Source: Eledone cirrhosa
Lineage: Eukaryota
NCBI GenBank assembly: GCA_964016885.1
Contig: OZ024740.1
Location: 93,682,001-93,746,000, forward strand
Reading direction: 5' to 3'
DNA length: 64,000 bases
Below are positions 1-14,213 of the stretch, one piece after another. Each line of letters starts with the position of its first letter. Position 1 is the stretch's first letter. The translations under genes were made by a program, and so were the position numbers. The notes beneath the pieces are model-generated. The model was not told the origin of the DNA. It did not search any database and saw only the letters and a list, made by a program, of their open reading frames with translations.

Positions 1-330
1 GGCTGAGTTGTAATGCACAAATAAGTCCTTGCACGCTGCCTTGCGGTAGAAGGTGGTGTTTATGTCTCCTTCTTCCGAGATGTTGATACGGAAGTCGAGG
101 AGGGCGAGTGACCCGTCTTCTCCAGGGTGTTCGATGGTGAAATCGACGTGATGGTCAGTGTCGTTGAAGATTTGGTGAATTTCATTCGCCATCTCCCTGG
201 AAGAAGTGAGTATCAGTATGTCATCGACGTATCTGGAGTAGAAGGCGACGGCGTTGGGTTGGCAGGTGTTGAGTGCTTTGCGTTCCAGGTGGTCCATGTA
301 CGAGATCGCAAGTATGCCGGACAGACGTGA
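1..330 (-). mobile_element. Penelope-like element reverse transcriptase fragment (runs off left edge)
   Basis: Manual minus-strand translation: ...LSGILAISYMDHLERKAL...FYSRYVDDILIL...VDFTIEHPGEDGSLALLDFRINI...TTFYRKAACKDLFVHYNSA = PLE RT motif C (YVDD), FTxE, LxxLD and thumb YRK motifs. Confidence 0.85.
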
Positions 331-824
331 CTATGTGTGTGTGTGTATGGGTGCGCGCGAGTGTGTGAGTGAGTGTGTTTGTGAATGTGTCTGTTGATTT
401 TTGCCATATAGTAGAATAGTTTAAGAGAAATTTGAAGATAATTGTATGATATGCACTCAATATTTTGAATTTGTCTACAGAATTCTCTAAACCTTTGTCA
501 CTTAGTAGAACCTTAAAGAATTTAGCTTTTAAATAATCTCCCTTTCCTTTAAATCTATCAACCACGACTGACCCCCACTGATCTTATAGGCACATGCTAG
601 CTTAAGAGAAACTTAATAATAAGGAGTGGCACCCCATCCTGAACCTGTTTATAGAATTATTCCTGCCTTTGTTACTCTAAAAATAAAAATAATCTGTAGC
701 TTTGTAGAATTTGCTTTTAATGAATTCCCTTTTCTATCAACCAATTACCTACACCCATCTCACTCCCCACCCTCTCCTACCACTTGAAGAGACCTATAAA
801 TACCATACTTATTTTTTGATACCC

Positions 825-875
825 AGATTCCTGATGATTTCTAAACAATGGAACAGTTCTAGTCCTATAGAATCT
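825..875 (+). ncRNA. Degenerate type I hammerhead ribozyme, family A (also at 31110-31160 minus and 31180-31228 plus)
   Basis: AGATTC-CTGATGA-TTTCTAAACAAT-GGAA-CAG ttctagtc CTA-TA-GAATCT; stem I AGATTC/GAATCT; followed by ...TATTAAAAC then (TA)n. Confidence 0.65.
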
Positions 876-1324
876 CATCTATATTAAAACTATATATATA
901 TATACAGTGAGAGAGAGAGATAAAGATTGAGGGAGTGAAAGAAATAAAGGAAAATAGAGAGATATGATGAGTGAGAGCAACAGAGAGTTATTAAAATAGA
1001 AAAGTAGATATGTTCATATAGATGTGTGTATATATTTGAGTGCTAGCTTTTCATTTGAAATCACTATTTGTTTGGGCATTACGTGTAGGAACTATACCAA
1101 AATTAAATGATGTGCTACATAGAGAATAATTTTGAACGAACGAATCCATTTTTGGTGTTTTCAAGTAAAAAAGGCGATGGGAGAGTTAAATAATATAACC
1201 TGCAACGAGGTATGCGTATCTAAACAAAATGGCGTGCTGTTGTCCCATGTGTATGTGTTTGATGTGTAGATGAGATTCTATAGGACTAGAAGTTTGTCCC
1301 ATGTGTATGTGTGTAATAGAGTGG

Positions 1325-1328
1325 ATAT

Positions 1329-1399
<71 letters not shown>

Positions 1400-1424
1400 T
1401 ATATATATATGTTTATATATGTAC

Positions 1425-1518
<94 letters not shown>

Positions 1519-1541
1519 GCATATATATATATGTTTATATA

Positions 1542-1575
<34 letters not shown>
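1325..1575. repeat. (TA)n microsatellite with an internal duplicated interrupted unit; representative of dozens of (TA)n/(CA)n/(GA)n tracts across the window
   Basis: Direct inspection; source of YI-repeat pseudo-ORFs. Confidence 0.95.
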
Positions 1576-1578
<3 letters not shown>

Positions 1579-1958
1579 GCATTTGAAAACATGTCAATGT
1601 GTGTATGCTAGTAATACATGGTATTGCTGCCTTCATAGCTACATCTTTTTTTATTATTATTTTTTTATAATATTTATTCGTTTTCTTTCATCTTGCTTGA
1701 GAGTTGCCGCCCATTTAGAAAACAGGTTTTCCGCTACCCTCTTAAGAGATCAATATTTTACAATATTTTTGTTGATACTTTTGGCTGATTTTGTTTGACT
1801 ACTCTCTCAAACGTCTCTTGTTAATCAAAACAATAGAAGAAAAAAATAAAGATCTTAAAACTAAAAATATATTTGTTGTTTCCTTTAGTGTACACATATC
1901 GAATAACTACATCTTAATACACCCCCAGCTACACATAACTGTAAATGATCCTACAACA

Positions 1959-2041
<83 letters not shown>

Positions 2042-4799
2042 CAGATACAATCGTGTACACACCTAAACAAGCACAAATACTACAACACATAGAATTTCGC
2101 TTGAAATGAAGTTACAATTTTATAAATAAATCTTTCTTCTGACAACAATAAACCTTTTCATCATTTGAAGATTTACATTTCATGAAAATACCAGAATGAA
2201 ATGTTTAACTGTGTAACTTGTATAAGGAGGAATCTTTATATACAAACTATGGAAGTGGGACAAAGAAACAGTAACATACACAGACACACATACATGCACA
2301 CACTCAAACACACATGCACATACAGACAAAAGGAAATTTAAAACCAAGTTAACACTCATACATTATCGCGCACATTTTCCATCATAAACACACAATCCTG
2401 ATTTATAACATGTTATTTCAATGCTTTCTTAACATTGCATATTTGTATATATATATATATATGTATATATACAAATATTCAATGTTAAGAAGGCATATAT
2501 ATATACACATGATAATATAAATATGTATATATATATATATGTATATATATACGAAGTAGACAAAGGGGACTGTTTCATCCGGAGTCTATTTACAATCATG
2601 AAGTACATGTCAACAGGTTATAGTTCACTTTGTTTAAAAACAATCGCTGTTATATATGTTTCAATACTAACCGTAATGCAACAGTTATGATCTCATCAGT
2701 CGACTAGAAGTGGAAAAGAGACAACATAAAAAAAAAGAATAATCACATACAGAGAAGTAAATATAAATAGAACAACTTATACGAAATCACATAATGGTAG
2801 ATCAAAGTATAATGCTCTAAAAATAATCAGATTTTATTTAGCGACAAATTTAGTTATATAGTAATAAATACTGCTCCTTATACAGTAAACTTTTTGAAAG
2901 CTCTGTTGACTGCTATTTATAGTTTTAATTTAGGCCTTTCAGTCGATATATACAAATATGGAAATCAAATCACCCAATCTCCAGAAGACTAAGTAGAGTT
3001 TCCTATATTGATTCTCTCTTATATTCATCCCGCTAAAATGATATATTTAAGAGTATGATTTCTAAATCTACGTGGACTGCTATCGCATTATATGCAAAGT
3101 CACTAGCTCAATGAAAATGGCTCATTAGCTGTAGAGGTTACAATCGACAACGACACAAGTCTTTCTGATACACACATTCTCGGTTCTATTTCTGAAGATT
3201 TAGAAATCTATGCACGTATTCATCAACCTTAAATGTGAAGCAGGTTGGCAATAATTTTGGAAAGGTTGAAACTGAAAGCAGGTAAAATCTAACTGAATAC
3301 GGACGGAAATTTGCTGTTTTAGGATGTGAAAATGTGAGAGGATTTTATTTATCTACTAAATGTTCACTATATTCCGAGTTGAGGATGTCGGAATGTTCGT
3401 TCGGTCATCTGAAAATCTTTCTCGGAATATATTGCACTTTGCTCTTATATATTGCACCTCCCTCTTGGGGTCTTAAACAGCTTGTGTGAGGCAGAAATGA
3501 ACCGTGTGCGTGAAACTGATTCAAGAGGTAGTGCAGAAGCTAACTGAACTTTCTCATACTATTCCAACGATCCAAGTTACCGAGTTCATTTGCAAAATGC
3601 ACAATAGATGTTCGACTATTCAGACGACTGTTCCCTGCATGGTCGACCTAAATATAGGACATACACAGGAACGAGGTTGATGTCAACATTAGGTGTTAGT
3701 GTGTCATCAATAGGAACTTGCGAGATTTTTTAGTAAAGAAATATCAGAAAGAGACAATGAATTAAAGTGGTAGTTAGTACTTATATCAGAAGCAGCGATT
3801 AGGAATGTCATTTCAAGCTATATTGATTCTTGAATTCTAAACAGAAAAATTACAATTTCGGAGAGAAAGAACTTCCCCATGAAATTAGGTGCCCTAGTTG
3901 CCGCTTGGTAACAAAGACAACATTCACTCTTACTGGTCGAAGTTTGGTGTCTCCCTCTCGAAGGAAATTGGTGTACAATGTCGTGGCAAGCCGGAGACGG
4001 AGAATATAGTGCATTAGAATACATAGATCAAGGGCCGAACTTGATTATCTATGGAAGATTCGAAATGCTACTGTTAATCGATGTAAAAAACAGCAAGACA
4101 AACTCCCTGGTCCGAAACACAAATATACCATGTTGTGTATTCTACCTTATGTGATAGACTCGTTCACTGATATCCACGCTGCTGGCAACTGGCATCTTAA
4201 AACGAAAATACATAGTTCTGTTAGTCAAGGTGTATGACCACAGATAAGGGAAGACGCAAACAATCTGATATAATTGAGAATATCAGTTAACTCGGCCCAA
4301 CACAGTTTTTAAATAGTTGTCTAAGGGGCTACAAAGAGTATATCATTAGATATATAAGTTACTCATATACAATGTATAAGTCATTTTGGAGTGACCATGT
4401 TAATTATATTTCTTGTTCAGGATGATGCGGATTACAGCTCCATATGCAAATGTAAAAATTAGTCGATGTTCATAGGTGTCAAAATATGTTTTTTAGCCTC
4501 CTTTGAATTCCAGCAGAAATCAAGGTAATGGGACAATTGCTTGGGTAAGGCCATCTTTCAGAAACGATTGTCGGTAATACCTCTATTCTCTGCTGGAAAT
4601 CGGTAGATGACGCTCTGCTATCAGTTTGCAAAAGTCATTGCTAAACACTTTCGAATGTTCATTCTTACATATACGTTATACCATTAAATATATAAAGCAC
4701 CCTAATATATATAGACTATGGTACGCGGCTTTATCTGCGCCAGAGTGTATACAAATACACATATGCATATATATACTTACACATTCACCTTTCCCCATC

Positions 4800-4895
<96 letters not shown>

Positions 4896-5010
4896 TTATA
4901 TAAATATATATATATATATATTTATTAAAATAACAGATTAAAGTTTAAGCAAAGAATCGCTGCTTATCAAGCCCTCTTTGGATTTTAATCTTCAATTTTA
5001 TTATTATTAC

Positions 5011-5061
<51 letters not shown>

Positions 5062-5149
5062 ATGATAATAAATGTGAAGACTAAAATCCAAAGAAGGCTC
5101 GATAAGGATAAATATATATCAAATATATAAGAACCGTAGAGCAAATATT

Positions 5150-5620
5150 TATTAAAATAACAGGTTAAACTTTAAGCAAATATCGCTGCTTTCACCCTTA
5201 ACGGGACCTTCTGAAACTAACAAAGTCAATCTGTAAACGCAGAAGTGGATATTTCAAAAAACGTTGCAACCGGAGGAAGATAGGAAGACGATACTTTGGT
5301 TCGTGGAAACGTTCGGTGGCAAAGAACGGGAAAAAATGATTATAATACGAATATAATACGTCATTAATAGGAGCGGAGAAAAACAATTACGCGCAAAGAC
5401 AGAACCACGTTTATGGTATAATAGAGGTCGTAGACTAATGTTCTCTTAGGTGGCGCATAGAGACGTTCTCTGGCAATGAACGAAAAAAACGAAGATAATA
5501 CGTCATATGTGGAGCGTGGAGAACAATAGCACGCAAAGACAAAACCACGTAAAAGGTATAGCAGAAGTCGTAGACGTAAATTCTAACTAGGAGACCGAAT
5601 TAATCTCCGCTACAGAGTTA
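5150..5620 (-). repeat. Repeat family C (putative PLE pseudo-LTR/3' UTR) with HHR-like motif at 5171-5216 and a ~142-bp tandem duplication
   Basis: 5150-5250 matches 47230-47330, 4922-4965 and 35013-35067; ATAATACGTC...GCAAAGACA.AACCACGT...GTCGTAGAC occurs at ~5353 and ~5495. Confidence 0.65.
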
Positions 5621-6169
5621 AGAACAAAGTAAATAAATACAATACAGAAGTAATAGAAATAAATAAATACATACACGCAAACAAATACGTACATAGACAA
5701 TCATACGCAAAAACTTACCATAGGTAAACAAAACCACGCACATATAAATATGTGTGTGTGTGTATGCGTGTATACAAATAAATAAATAATTATATAAACG
5801 TATATAAATAAATAAATACGTATATAACAAGCGCACACACATACCTACATATAAATGCACGAAGGTTCGGAGACGTAAGTCAACCAAAACATGAAGTACA
5901 TATATACACACGATCTATAGTACGATCTATACGTGGATATTTTACGTCTTGATGTGGGAGCTAAGTATATGTTTATACCTTTACTTATTTGCATAGGTAA
6001 GTATATATTACCCGTATGTTTGGTGAAGGTACGTATACCTTCTCGTACGTATATTTGATTGTTATGGCGTATAATTTTTTTATATATTCTGGTACATATG
6101 GTTCGGCTATGTGTATATATACGGCTGTTTTGCGTCGGCGTGAGTATGCAGGTTCGTACGTATGTAGGG

Positions 6170-6580
6170 CGTGTGTATATGTGTACTTCATGTTTTGGTT
6201 GAATTCTGCCAATATTACGTAAATATGACCCTCCCCAAGTATAACAATATTTGTTTCGACACACGATTTCATATCAAAAACCTCGCAAAACCAATTCATC
6301 GCCGTTATATATATATAAATATATATATATATATGTTACACTTGGTGAGGGTCATATTTATGTAATATTGCCAGAATTAATAACAGAACACACTGACTGT
6401 TTGGTTGGATTTCGCTTTTCGCTTCTCTGTCTTTTATATCGGTAATCTAATTTATTCGGTCACCAATGTTGCCATTGACTGACCAACGGTCAAAAATAAT
6501 AAAGATAAAATAGAGACACAAACACATATATCTAGTTTCTCAAAGTTGGTTCGTTCTTCCCCAAGTATAACAATATATAT
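6170..6580. repeat. Repeat family B in inverted arrangement (also 61450-61945; partial at ~23610-23660)
   Basis: ATATGACCCTCCCCAAGTATAACAATAT at ~6223 with its reverse complement at ~6335; the same unit occurs in both orientations at 61473, 61582 and 61874. Confidence 0.8.
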
Positions 6581-6601
6581 ATATATATATATACATATAT
6601 T

Positions 6602-6659
<58 letters not shown>

Positions 6660-6660
<1 letters not shown>

Positions 6661-6808
6661 AAATCTGCTTCGTAGGACCTTGCTATTTTCAGAGTCAGGT
6701 TCGATCATCACATCGATAGTGCCTCGAGTTGGTCGCCACAGAAAGGATTGTAATATGTCCAATCAATTCTTTTCGTCACAGCACTGATTCTCTTTTTTCT
6801 GTGATATA
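6660..6808. repeat. Dispersed repeat, reverse complement of ~35082-35215
   Basis: CAGAGTCAGGTTCGATCAT...TGGTCGCCA.AGA.AGGATTGTAATATG vs CATATTACAATCCT.TCT.TGGCGACCA...ATGATCGTACCTGACTCTG. Confidence 0.75.
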
Positions 6809-6809
6809 T

Positions 6810-6864
<55 letters not shown>

Positions 6865-7014
6865 TATCACGGTAAATGTATACTTTTAATTATTAAGTGT
6901 CTACTCTGCTTTCTATGGGCTATGGATTCCATACACTGGTTGTTTTTCCCTGCTTGAATGATGGCGCAATATTTCTCTCTATTGTGTGTATGTATACGAA
7001 AATACGTACAATAG

Positions 7015-7045
<31 letters not shown>

Positions 7046-7653
7046 GCACATACATATATATGCACGTATCGGTTTACCGAACATTTATTATAATGCTCGG
7101 TTTGTTTGTTTGTAAACAAACAGCCCGAATGACACCGTACAGTGTTTAAGCAACCACGTCACCTTTTTGTTCAACAATGACAGGGGAACGATGTACTAGT
7201 TTCAAGCTTATTAGCTATCGTCAGCATCGTATACCTTCCTTCCAGATGGTTGAACGTCTGAAAGTATATACTTTCCTTATGCATATTAACGGCTGAGCAG
7301 CCTAATTTGCATATCGAGTGAGTTCAGTCGGCCAGACACAATGAAAACGATAAATGGAATAGAATGAAACGAAATTTCATTTATCACTCCTAAACGGCAC
7401 TTACTTAAATCTAAGTATGTATGTATACGTATATAAATATATGTATACAGACGTACAGTAGTATGTATATATATACACACATGCACACATATGCAAACAA
7501 ACTGAGCATTATAATAAATATTCGGTAAACCGATAGGGAATATATATATGTGTGTGCATGTGTGTATACATATACATACTACTGTACGTCTGTATACATA
7601 TATGTATGTATGTATACATACATACATACTTACATATATATACATACATATTT

Positions 7654-7763
<110 letters not shown>

Positions 7764-8248
7764 GGTGATATCAGTGTACATTACTTTGTATCTTTGTAGA
7801 GCGCACAAATGGTGAAACGAAAAATAAATATATGCCAAATATAGTATCAAACTTATCGATAATCTATAAAAATGTTCCTCCCTTAAATATATTTAATTTT
7901 TACAGCAGCTGTGCTTGAAGATATCAATAATTCTGTAAAAATTTGCATTCATTCCCTGAGATTAGCTTCCAAATGGATGAAGTCACCGCGCATTTGATGT
8001 ACAATTAGAAATATCATAAATATTGATCAATTCAAAATTTACTGCACTGAAATTTTTGAGGAAAATTAACATATTCACTCAGATGCACGTGCATGTGTAA
8101 AAACACAATTTTAAATACACAGAAACACACAAAAACGCATACGCACACTCTCATACACAAATGCATACACACACGAAACACAAACATTTATATTTATATA
8201 TATAAATTTATATATATATATATAAACATATATATATTTATATATATT

Positions 8249-8331
<83 letters not shown>

Positions 8332-8733
8332 GATCGTTATGGCGTATTGATTGAAACAACTCAAACTTCTAACAACTTTATATCCAGGAGACAGTATTCA
8401 TGAATGTATGATACTTGGTATGACATTTAAATCGCTACGCATATAACGTATATCAGATTTCTTGACATAAATAATGCAAAATTCTACTGATAGATGCTAT
8501 AGAATGATGCAAAATACTTATATTTTTTATTATGATTTTCTTTTCATCTTTTACACAAATTAAAAATAAAATTTGAAATATATACATGTATACACACACA
8601 CGCACACACATACACACATATATAGACACACACACGCGCGCGCGCGCATGCAAACACACACACATATATAAACATATATGTATATTCCGTACATAAGTGT
8701 GCATGTTAGTGTGGTTGTCTGTTTTTGTGTCTT

Positions 8734-8828
<95 letters not shown>

Positions 8829-9096
8829 CGTGTATGTGTGTGTATGTGTGTTTGTGTATGTGTGTGTGTGTGGGGTGGGTGGGGCGGGTGGGGCGGGGGT
8901 GTATATGTGTGTGTATGTGTGCATGTGTTGCTTTATGTGTTTGATATTAGAAGTTCAACAGCCCTCGATATATTGAATGTCACTAAAATCTTGAAACCAC
9001 ATACATTTTCTTAGAAACAAATACACCTGGTAAACAGAATCATGCTACATATACAATCACAGTCATATTTGCCAGCCCCATCATGTGTTTATATAT

Positions 9097-9137
<41 letters not shown>

Positions 9138-11074
9138 AGCACATACATATATATATATATATATACGTGTGTGTGTGTCTTTGTGTTAATGATTTTATAC
9201 TTGCGTGTGAGTGTGAGTATGCATGTAAATGGATAGGCGTATTTAAGAGTGTGAATCAATAAGGGAGTAGTGAGTGATATATCAATGACGGGAAGTTTCA
9301 ATAGAAAATATTAACGTGATATATGTTGCTCTTTAGATTCCCCAATGGGTCAATAAACCTGCAATATTGCAGGCCCTGAGCAAACACTTAGAAGAGTAGA
9401 ACATTTCACATCCTTGACAGGAAACAATCCTTAAGGAAGTCATAACTTGCGAATGTATTAGGCAAATGTATATGCCAGGAAAGAATATTAAATCTGTTTA
9501 CCTTCAACCAGTACAGGTTGAACAGATACTTAATATCTGCATAGTAACAATACGATTAGTAATGTTTTCAACCAAGTCAACATTGAATCTTTTATGCATA
9601 AATCGGGACATACACTCATTATATTCCTACCTGAAAATGTTGTATGGATCTACAGACTTGAACATGACTTTGTTATCTCTCGTTAATATACATACGCTTG
9701 AAAATAAAATATGCGTCAATCATTTGTAGGAAAATATATTAGTATCATGCAGAAACGAAAATATATACCATAATCCATTGATTTATAAATTATAGAAATT
9801 TTATCTGTCATAGTTATTTATTCTATTTCTATAACAAACACATTTTGATATTACGTTAATTCCGTACACATGCGATAGAATGTAATATACATATTATGTG
9901 AATACTTTAAATGTTATATGTGGCTAAATTATCTTCGAGTTATATATGAATATATTGAACAGCATCGAAATGTCATTACAACTTCAAGAGAGAAAAGTTA
10001 TTTTCAAAAATCTATTTTTTATGGAATTGAAGTTAATGATTTTCGCTTTTTCAAATATCTCCCTGATTGAGGAATGCTGCAGCTGGCGCATTACAACACC
10101 AGCACCTGAAATTCTTGAGTAGCAAGAGTCGACTTGTATATGTAGACGATATGTTATTATTAACTCGTCAGAGGTTACTCTCCTACATATCTTAACTTTG
10201 AAAGTATTTACTATCTCTCCTCTGATATTTAGAGTCTGCCTGTATTGCAATTGGAGAAAGGAGACCTCTTTTTCAAGCCCATATTTATAATTGTCTTTCT
10301 TTATTCGGATGACCTTTTGATCACTTTATGGAACCAACGAGTACTCTAGCCATCAGGTGATCCACAAGTCGCTTTCTCTCGCAGCATTTAAGAGCTGAAA
10401 TAGAAAAGCAAACACAACCAGTAGGAATGTATAGGTAGTCACCGCGCCATATATATGAAATCGGTTGGCTTTGATTGTGGATCCAGCTGCATCAATTAGA
10501 GAGAGTTGCTTCTGACAGGGCTCGCTGAAAATGTAGGTTTAAGGATTATGAACACTTGGCCATCCTACGAAAGGTTGAGTGAAGAAGAGGAGAAGAACAA
10601 TATGACGAGTCTTTGCACACAATTGCAGCCGTCACTAGATATACGCATCTCCAAGCGTTTTGGGGTATGGGGAGGAAATTCTTGTGTCCTTTCGGAAGGG
10701 TCTATATGGAAGCAGAAGGTAAGGTTTTGGTGATGGGCTTGCCTAGGTTATGCCTTCTGGCTATTGGCAGTCTATGCTGCGACAGGTCCAGGATGGCCTG
10801 ATTTCTTCAGATTCCTGGAGAACAACAAGCAATACATATGCCCTCAAATACCATTCACATCTATGTTCTTTCCTCTAGATCCCCTGCCTACCCACACATA
10901 TTTTATTATTATCAATACCCTGTTTAACCTTAAACTTTCGGCTCCAGCCACTTTCCTGTCGTTAGAGGCCGGACGCCTTACAGGCCGTGCTACTCTCAAT
11001 GAGGTTATGAAGCTTGGCTTCGATACTAAATAGTTCCCCTCACAGCCCCGTTAGAGCTGGACCGAGTGGACGCC

Positions 11075-11600
11075 GAAAGGTGTCAATCGACTTGAAGGAG
11101 ACTTCATTTCCGGGAATCTGATCAAGTAGTGTTTGGTTCATCACGTCAACAGTGGCATTGTGTGTTGCCAAAATAGCTATCCCTTTCAGCCAGGTGTGAT
11201 CATGGAATCGTGATTCAAGGTCAGGAAATGCAGATGACATTAATACGTCAATGTTTGACACACAGTTCCCAAAAGGCAAACTGATATGCTCTTCATCCAT
11301 TCCAGGTGTAGTTCCGTTACCAACTTCCAGTAGATGTTTTGAGAAATCGATGGAATCTGCGTCACCATGCACATGCACTCTCATGTTGGAAGTTAGATGT
11401 AGTTTGTGGACATACTGCCATACGTAGAACGACTTGATGCATGCTTTCACTTAATCAGCTCTAATGCCTCTAGTGATAACATGAACAGTATGTCGGATAT
11501 CGCCAGCAGTACTGTCGATCCACCCATGACACGTGAGTTCTGACACAAGTCTTTGAGAATTCGATCCAGAGCCTCAAAGGCAGCCTTTTGACTCATAGTT
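11075..11600 (-). mobile_element. Helitron RepHel PIF1-type helicase fragment (degenerate)
   Basis: TMSQKAAFEALDRILKDL...MGGSTVLL..GDIRH..VITRGIRAD*VKACIKSFYVW...LTSNMRV...LLEVGNG...AILATHNATVDVMN...FKSIDT: PIF1/Helitron helicase motifs II-IV. Confidence 0.85.
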
Positions 11601-12630
11601 GAGAAGGAACTCCTGGAGAGATATTCCCTGTGTGATAATCAAAAACTCACACCCAGGGAAGTCGCTCAGCAGTATCGCAGTGAATCCATAGATGAAAAAC
11701 TGCATGGTTATCAGCAAAAAAATAATGCATGGATATGTTGCCAGGAAGCTCCAGAGTGAGAGTAGTATAGATAAGGAAAGTAGTCTATCTTGGACCAACA
11801 AAGATATATTGGCTCCCACTTTGAAGGATACGCTTTTGCAATCCAAGAACAGGAGATTAACACGAAATACCTGATAAATAAAATAGATAGGGATGCCAGC
11901 AAAACACCTAGATGTGATAACAAGTGCAGACTCTGCAGAACTAACATCGAGGCTATCACACATGCCATCAGCAGCTGTCGAAAGATGTCATCGCGGTACT
12001 ATCTACCTATGAGGCATGATGTAGTGGCCAAAACACTGTACAATGCACTTCGTAAAAAAATATAGCCCCGATAATAAACACATTAAAAGATACAACAATG
12101 TGGAAGACATCCATGTACATAATATGAAAGAGTACTGGTGGAATGTTCCAGTAAAAGCCCCAATAAAATGCTAGCATAACAGACCAGATATTATGATATG
12201 GGACAGGGAGAAGAAAGCATGCACAGTAATGGAAATAACTGCACAGGAGATGCCAATATAATATCAAAGATTAGCGAAAAGGAGGATATATGTATGCAGA
12301 ACTGATGAGAAATCTGCAGATACTCCTCCCTGATTACACCTCCAGATTTATGCCTGTGATTAATGGGGCACTGGGGTATGTTAGTAACTGACTCAATACA
12401 AATCTTGAGAAGCTAGGCTTCACAGGAACAGAAAGAAAACAACTAGTTAGGAAATTACAAGTACAATCCATTAATGGAACAGTAAAAATATGTAAAACAT
12501 TCAAACAATGTTGCATCTAATAACTGCATATACACATGTACAGATACAAAGCATATGCACATGCACACATACAACTATTGAGAGTATTGTGTCTATGTTA
12601 GAAACCGACTCTCTCTCTATCGGGTAAAAA
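11600..12630 (+). mobile_element. 5'-truncated R4/Dong-type non-LTR retrotransposon: CCHC knuckle plus restriction-like endonuclease (frameshifted)
   Basis: EGYAFAIQEQEINTK...CRLCRTNIEAITHAISSC...Y..RHDVV; then YWWNVPV...HNRPDIMIWD..KKACTVMEI...PVINGALG; stop at ~12520 and A-rich 3' end at ~12630. Confidence 0.85.
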
Positions 12631-12802
12631 AAATAATTTGCGAAATTATAAAACCTGAAGAACATACATACACACACGACGCTCAGCTTTATATAAGTGT
12701 CGTGTGTATGTGTGTGTGTGTGTGTGTGCTATGCGAGCGACGACAGAACAAATATATATAACACTTACAGAAAGTTAACTAAAGCTTGATGGTCCCTCTC
12801 TG

Positions 12803-12842
<40 letters not shown>

Positions 12843-13304
12843 AACTAACATAAACTATCGAGATTCGCATTTCGGCTCACGAAATAACGAAAAACAACCT
12901 CCGAGATGTGCGGCAAGTGCTCAATGATTCAGATCAACCAGAGCTATAACAATCGTTATAACACTTTAATTGTATCTCTCTCTGTATAACGGCCAATCTC
13001 TCTCTGCAGTGTTGTCATATAGGGAGTGAAGAGCGCCAGAGAGAGTAAAGCAGTTAAATTATAGAGAGGGGGAATGATATATTATAGAGAGAGGGAAGAG
13101 CGGCGTAGAGAGTAAAGCTAAGAAACTATAGAGAGGTAAAATCGATAGAAAAAAGACCGTTTCATTTTGCCCTAGAGACCACATTTTTCAATTTAGAGAA
13201 CCCCATGTGGACCTGTCACTTCCTGGGCACCTTTTACATTAATTTGTAAATTTTCATGACAATCAGAACATGCCTGTATCAGACAATTTTCGCCCATTTC
13301 ACAA

Positions 13305-14213
13305 TATATATATGTAAGTATTATTCTGTGCCTCTCTGTATGTCTGTTCTTGTGCATTCTCAAACGACTGGACCAAATCAAATTAAATTTTACAAGGTAT
13401 TAGACCCCGGGAGTAATATTTATTTTCATTTCGATTGAAAAATAGGTTATTTTAGATTAAATATTATACTATACTGAAGACGACGACCACGATGACGTCA
13501 CATTGTATGTGAGTTTGTATGTGTCCGTGAGTGTGTGTGTATTTGCAGGTTCGAAATATACGTTAGGCCTCAGGAAATTAAACACACATCAACACAAACA
13601 GATCCATATATGATGACAGAAAGTTGTCCGTGAATGTATGTATGTGGGTGTCTGTCTTATTATATGTATGTGAGTGTATGTGAGATTTGATATGTGTGCG
13701 AGTGTATGTCTGATTATTTTTCTTTTAACGTTAGGCTTTAGAGAATTAAACAGACACATACATATAGCGTTAGTAAGTTGCATACACATTATCTTCACAC
13801 ACTGACAATTAAACGCACAAACACCCATCTACACATACAGATACATATGTGATGACAGACAGGTGTGCCGAAATGTATATTTGTGTTTGTTTGTCTTAGT
13901 ATATATGTAAGTCTATGTGAGTGTCTGTGAGTGTATATGAGTGTATGTGAGTGTGTATGTGTATGAGCATCAATTTATTCATTTGCACATCCCCCAAAAA
14001 TAACACAACGAATATTATTTACCCCAAGGTGCTTCAAGTTCGACAGGTTTCGATTTTTAAATTCTATTATATTTAAAATGTTGTTGTTTTTTTTTCTCCA
14101 TAAAATGTAGATATTTTCAGGTAATTACCAGAAACAAAAACACATCATATTTATAGTTTACTAATCTGAATAAGAGCAGCAATAAACCGGGCAACGCTGG
14201 GTAATTCAGCTGG
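13305..14213 (+). mobile_element. Degenerate non-autonomous Helitron-like element
   Basis: 3' end ACCGGGCAACGCTGGGTAATTCAG-CTGG-T (hairpin plus CTRR|T); 5' region with TCTGTATGTCTGT and AACGACTGGACCAAATCAAATTAAATTT typical of such elements; internal ~200-bp inverted duplication 13500-13960; 5' boundary uncertain. Confidence 0.5.

Noticed and set aside
3300-4250. Possibly very old mariner-like transposase remnant (GRPK-like snippet)
   Set aside because: No DDD motifs or TIRs could be recovered by eye
9500-9660. Possible minus-strand micro-exons (CAG|ATATTAAG...TTGAAG|GTAAAC encoding IKYLFNLYWLK)
   Set aside because: Too short, no recognisable homology; splice-like signals are expected by chance
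10085-10410. Good minus-strand splice acceptor CTTTTCTATTTCAG at ~10395
   Set aside because: All three downstream frames hit stops quickly; at most a non-coding exon, unsupported
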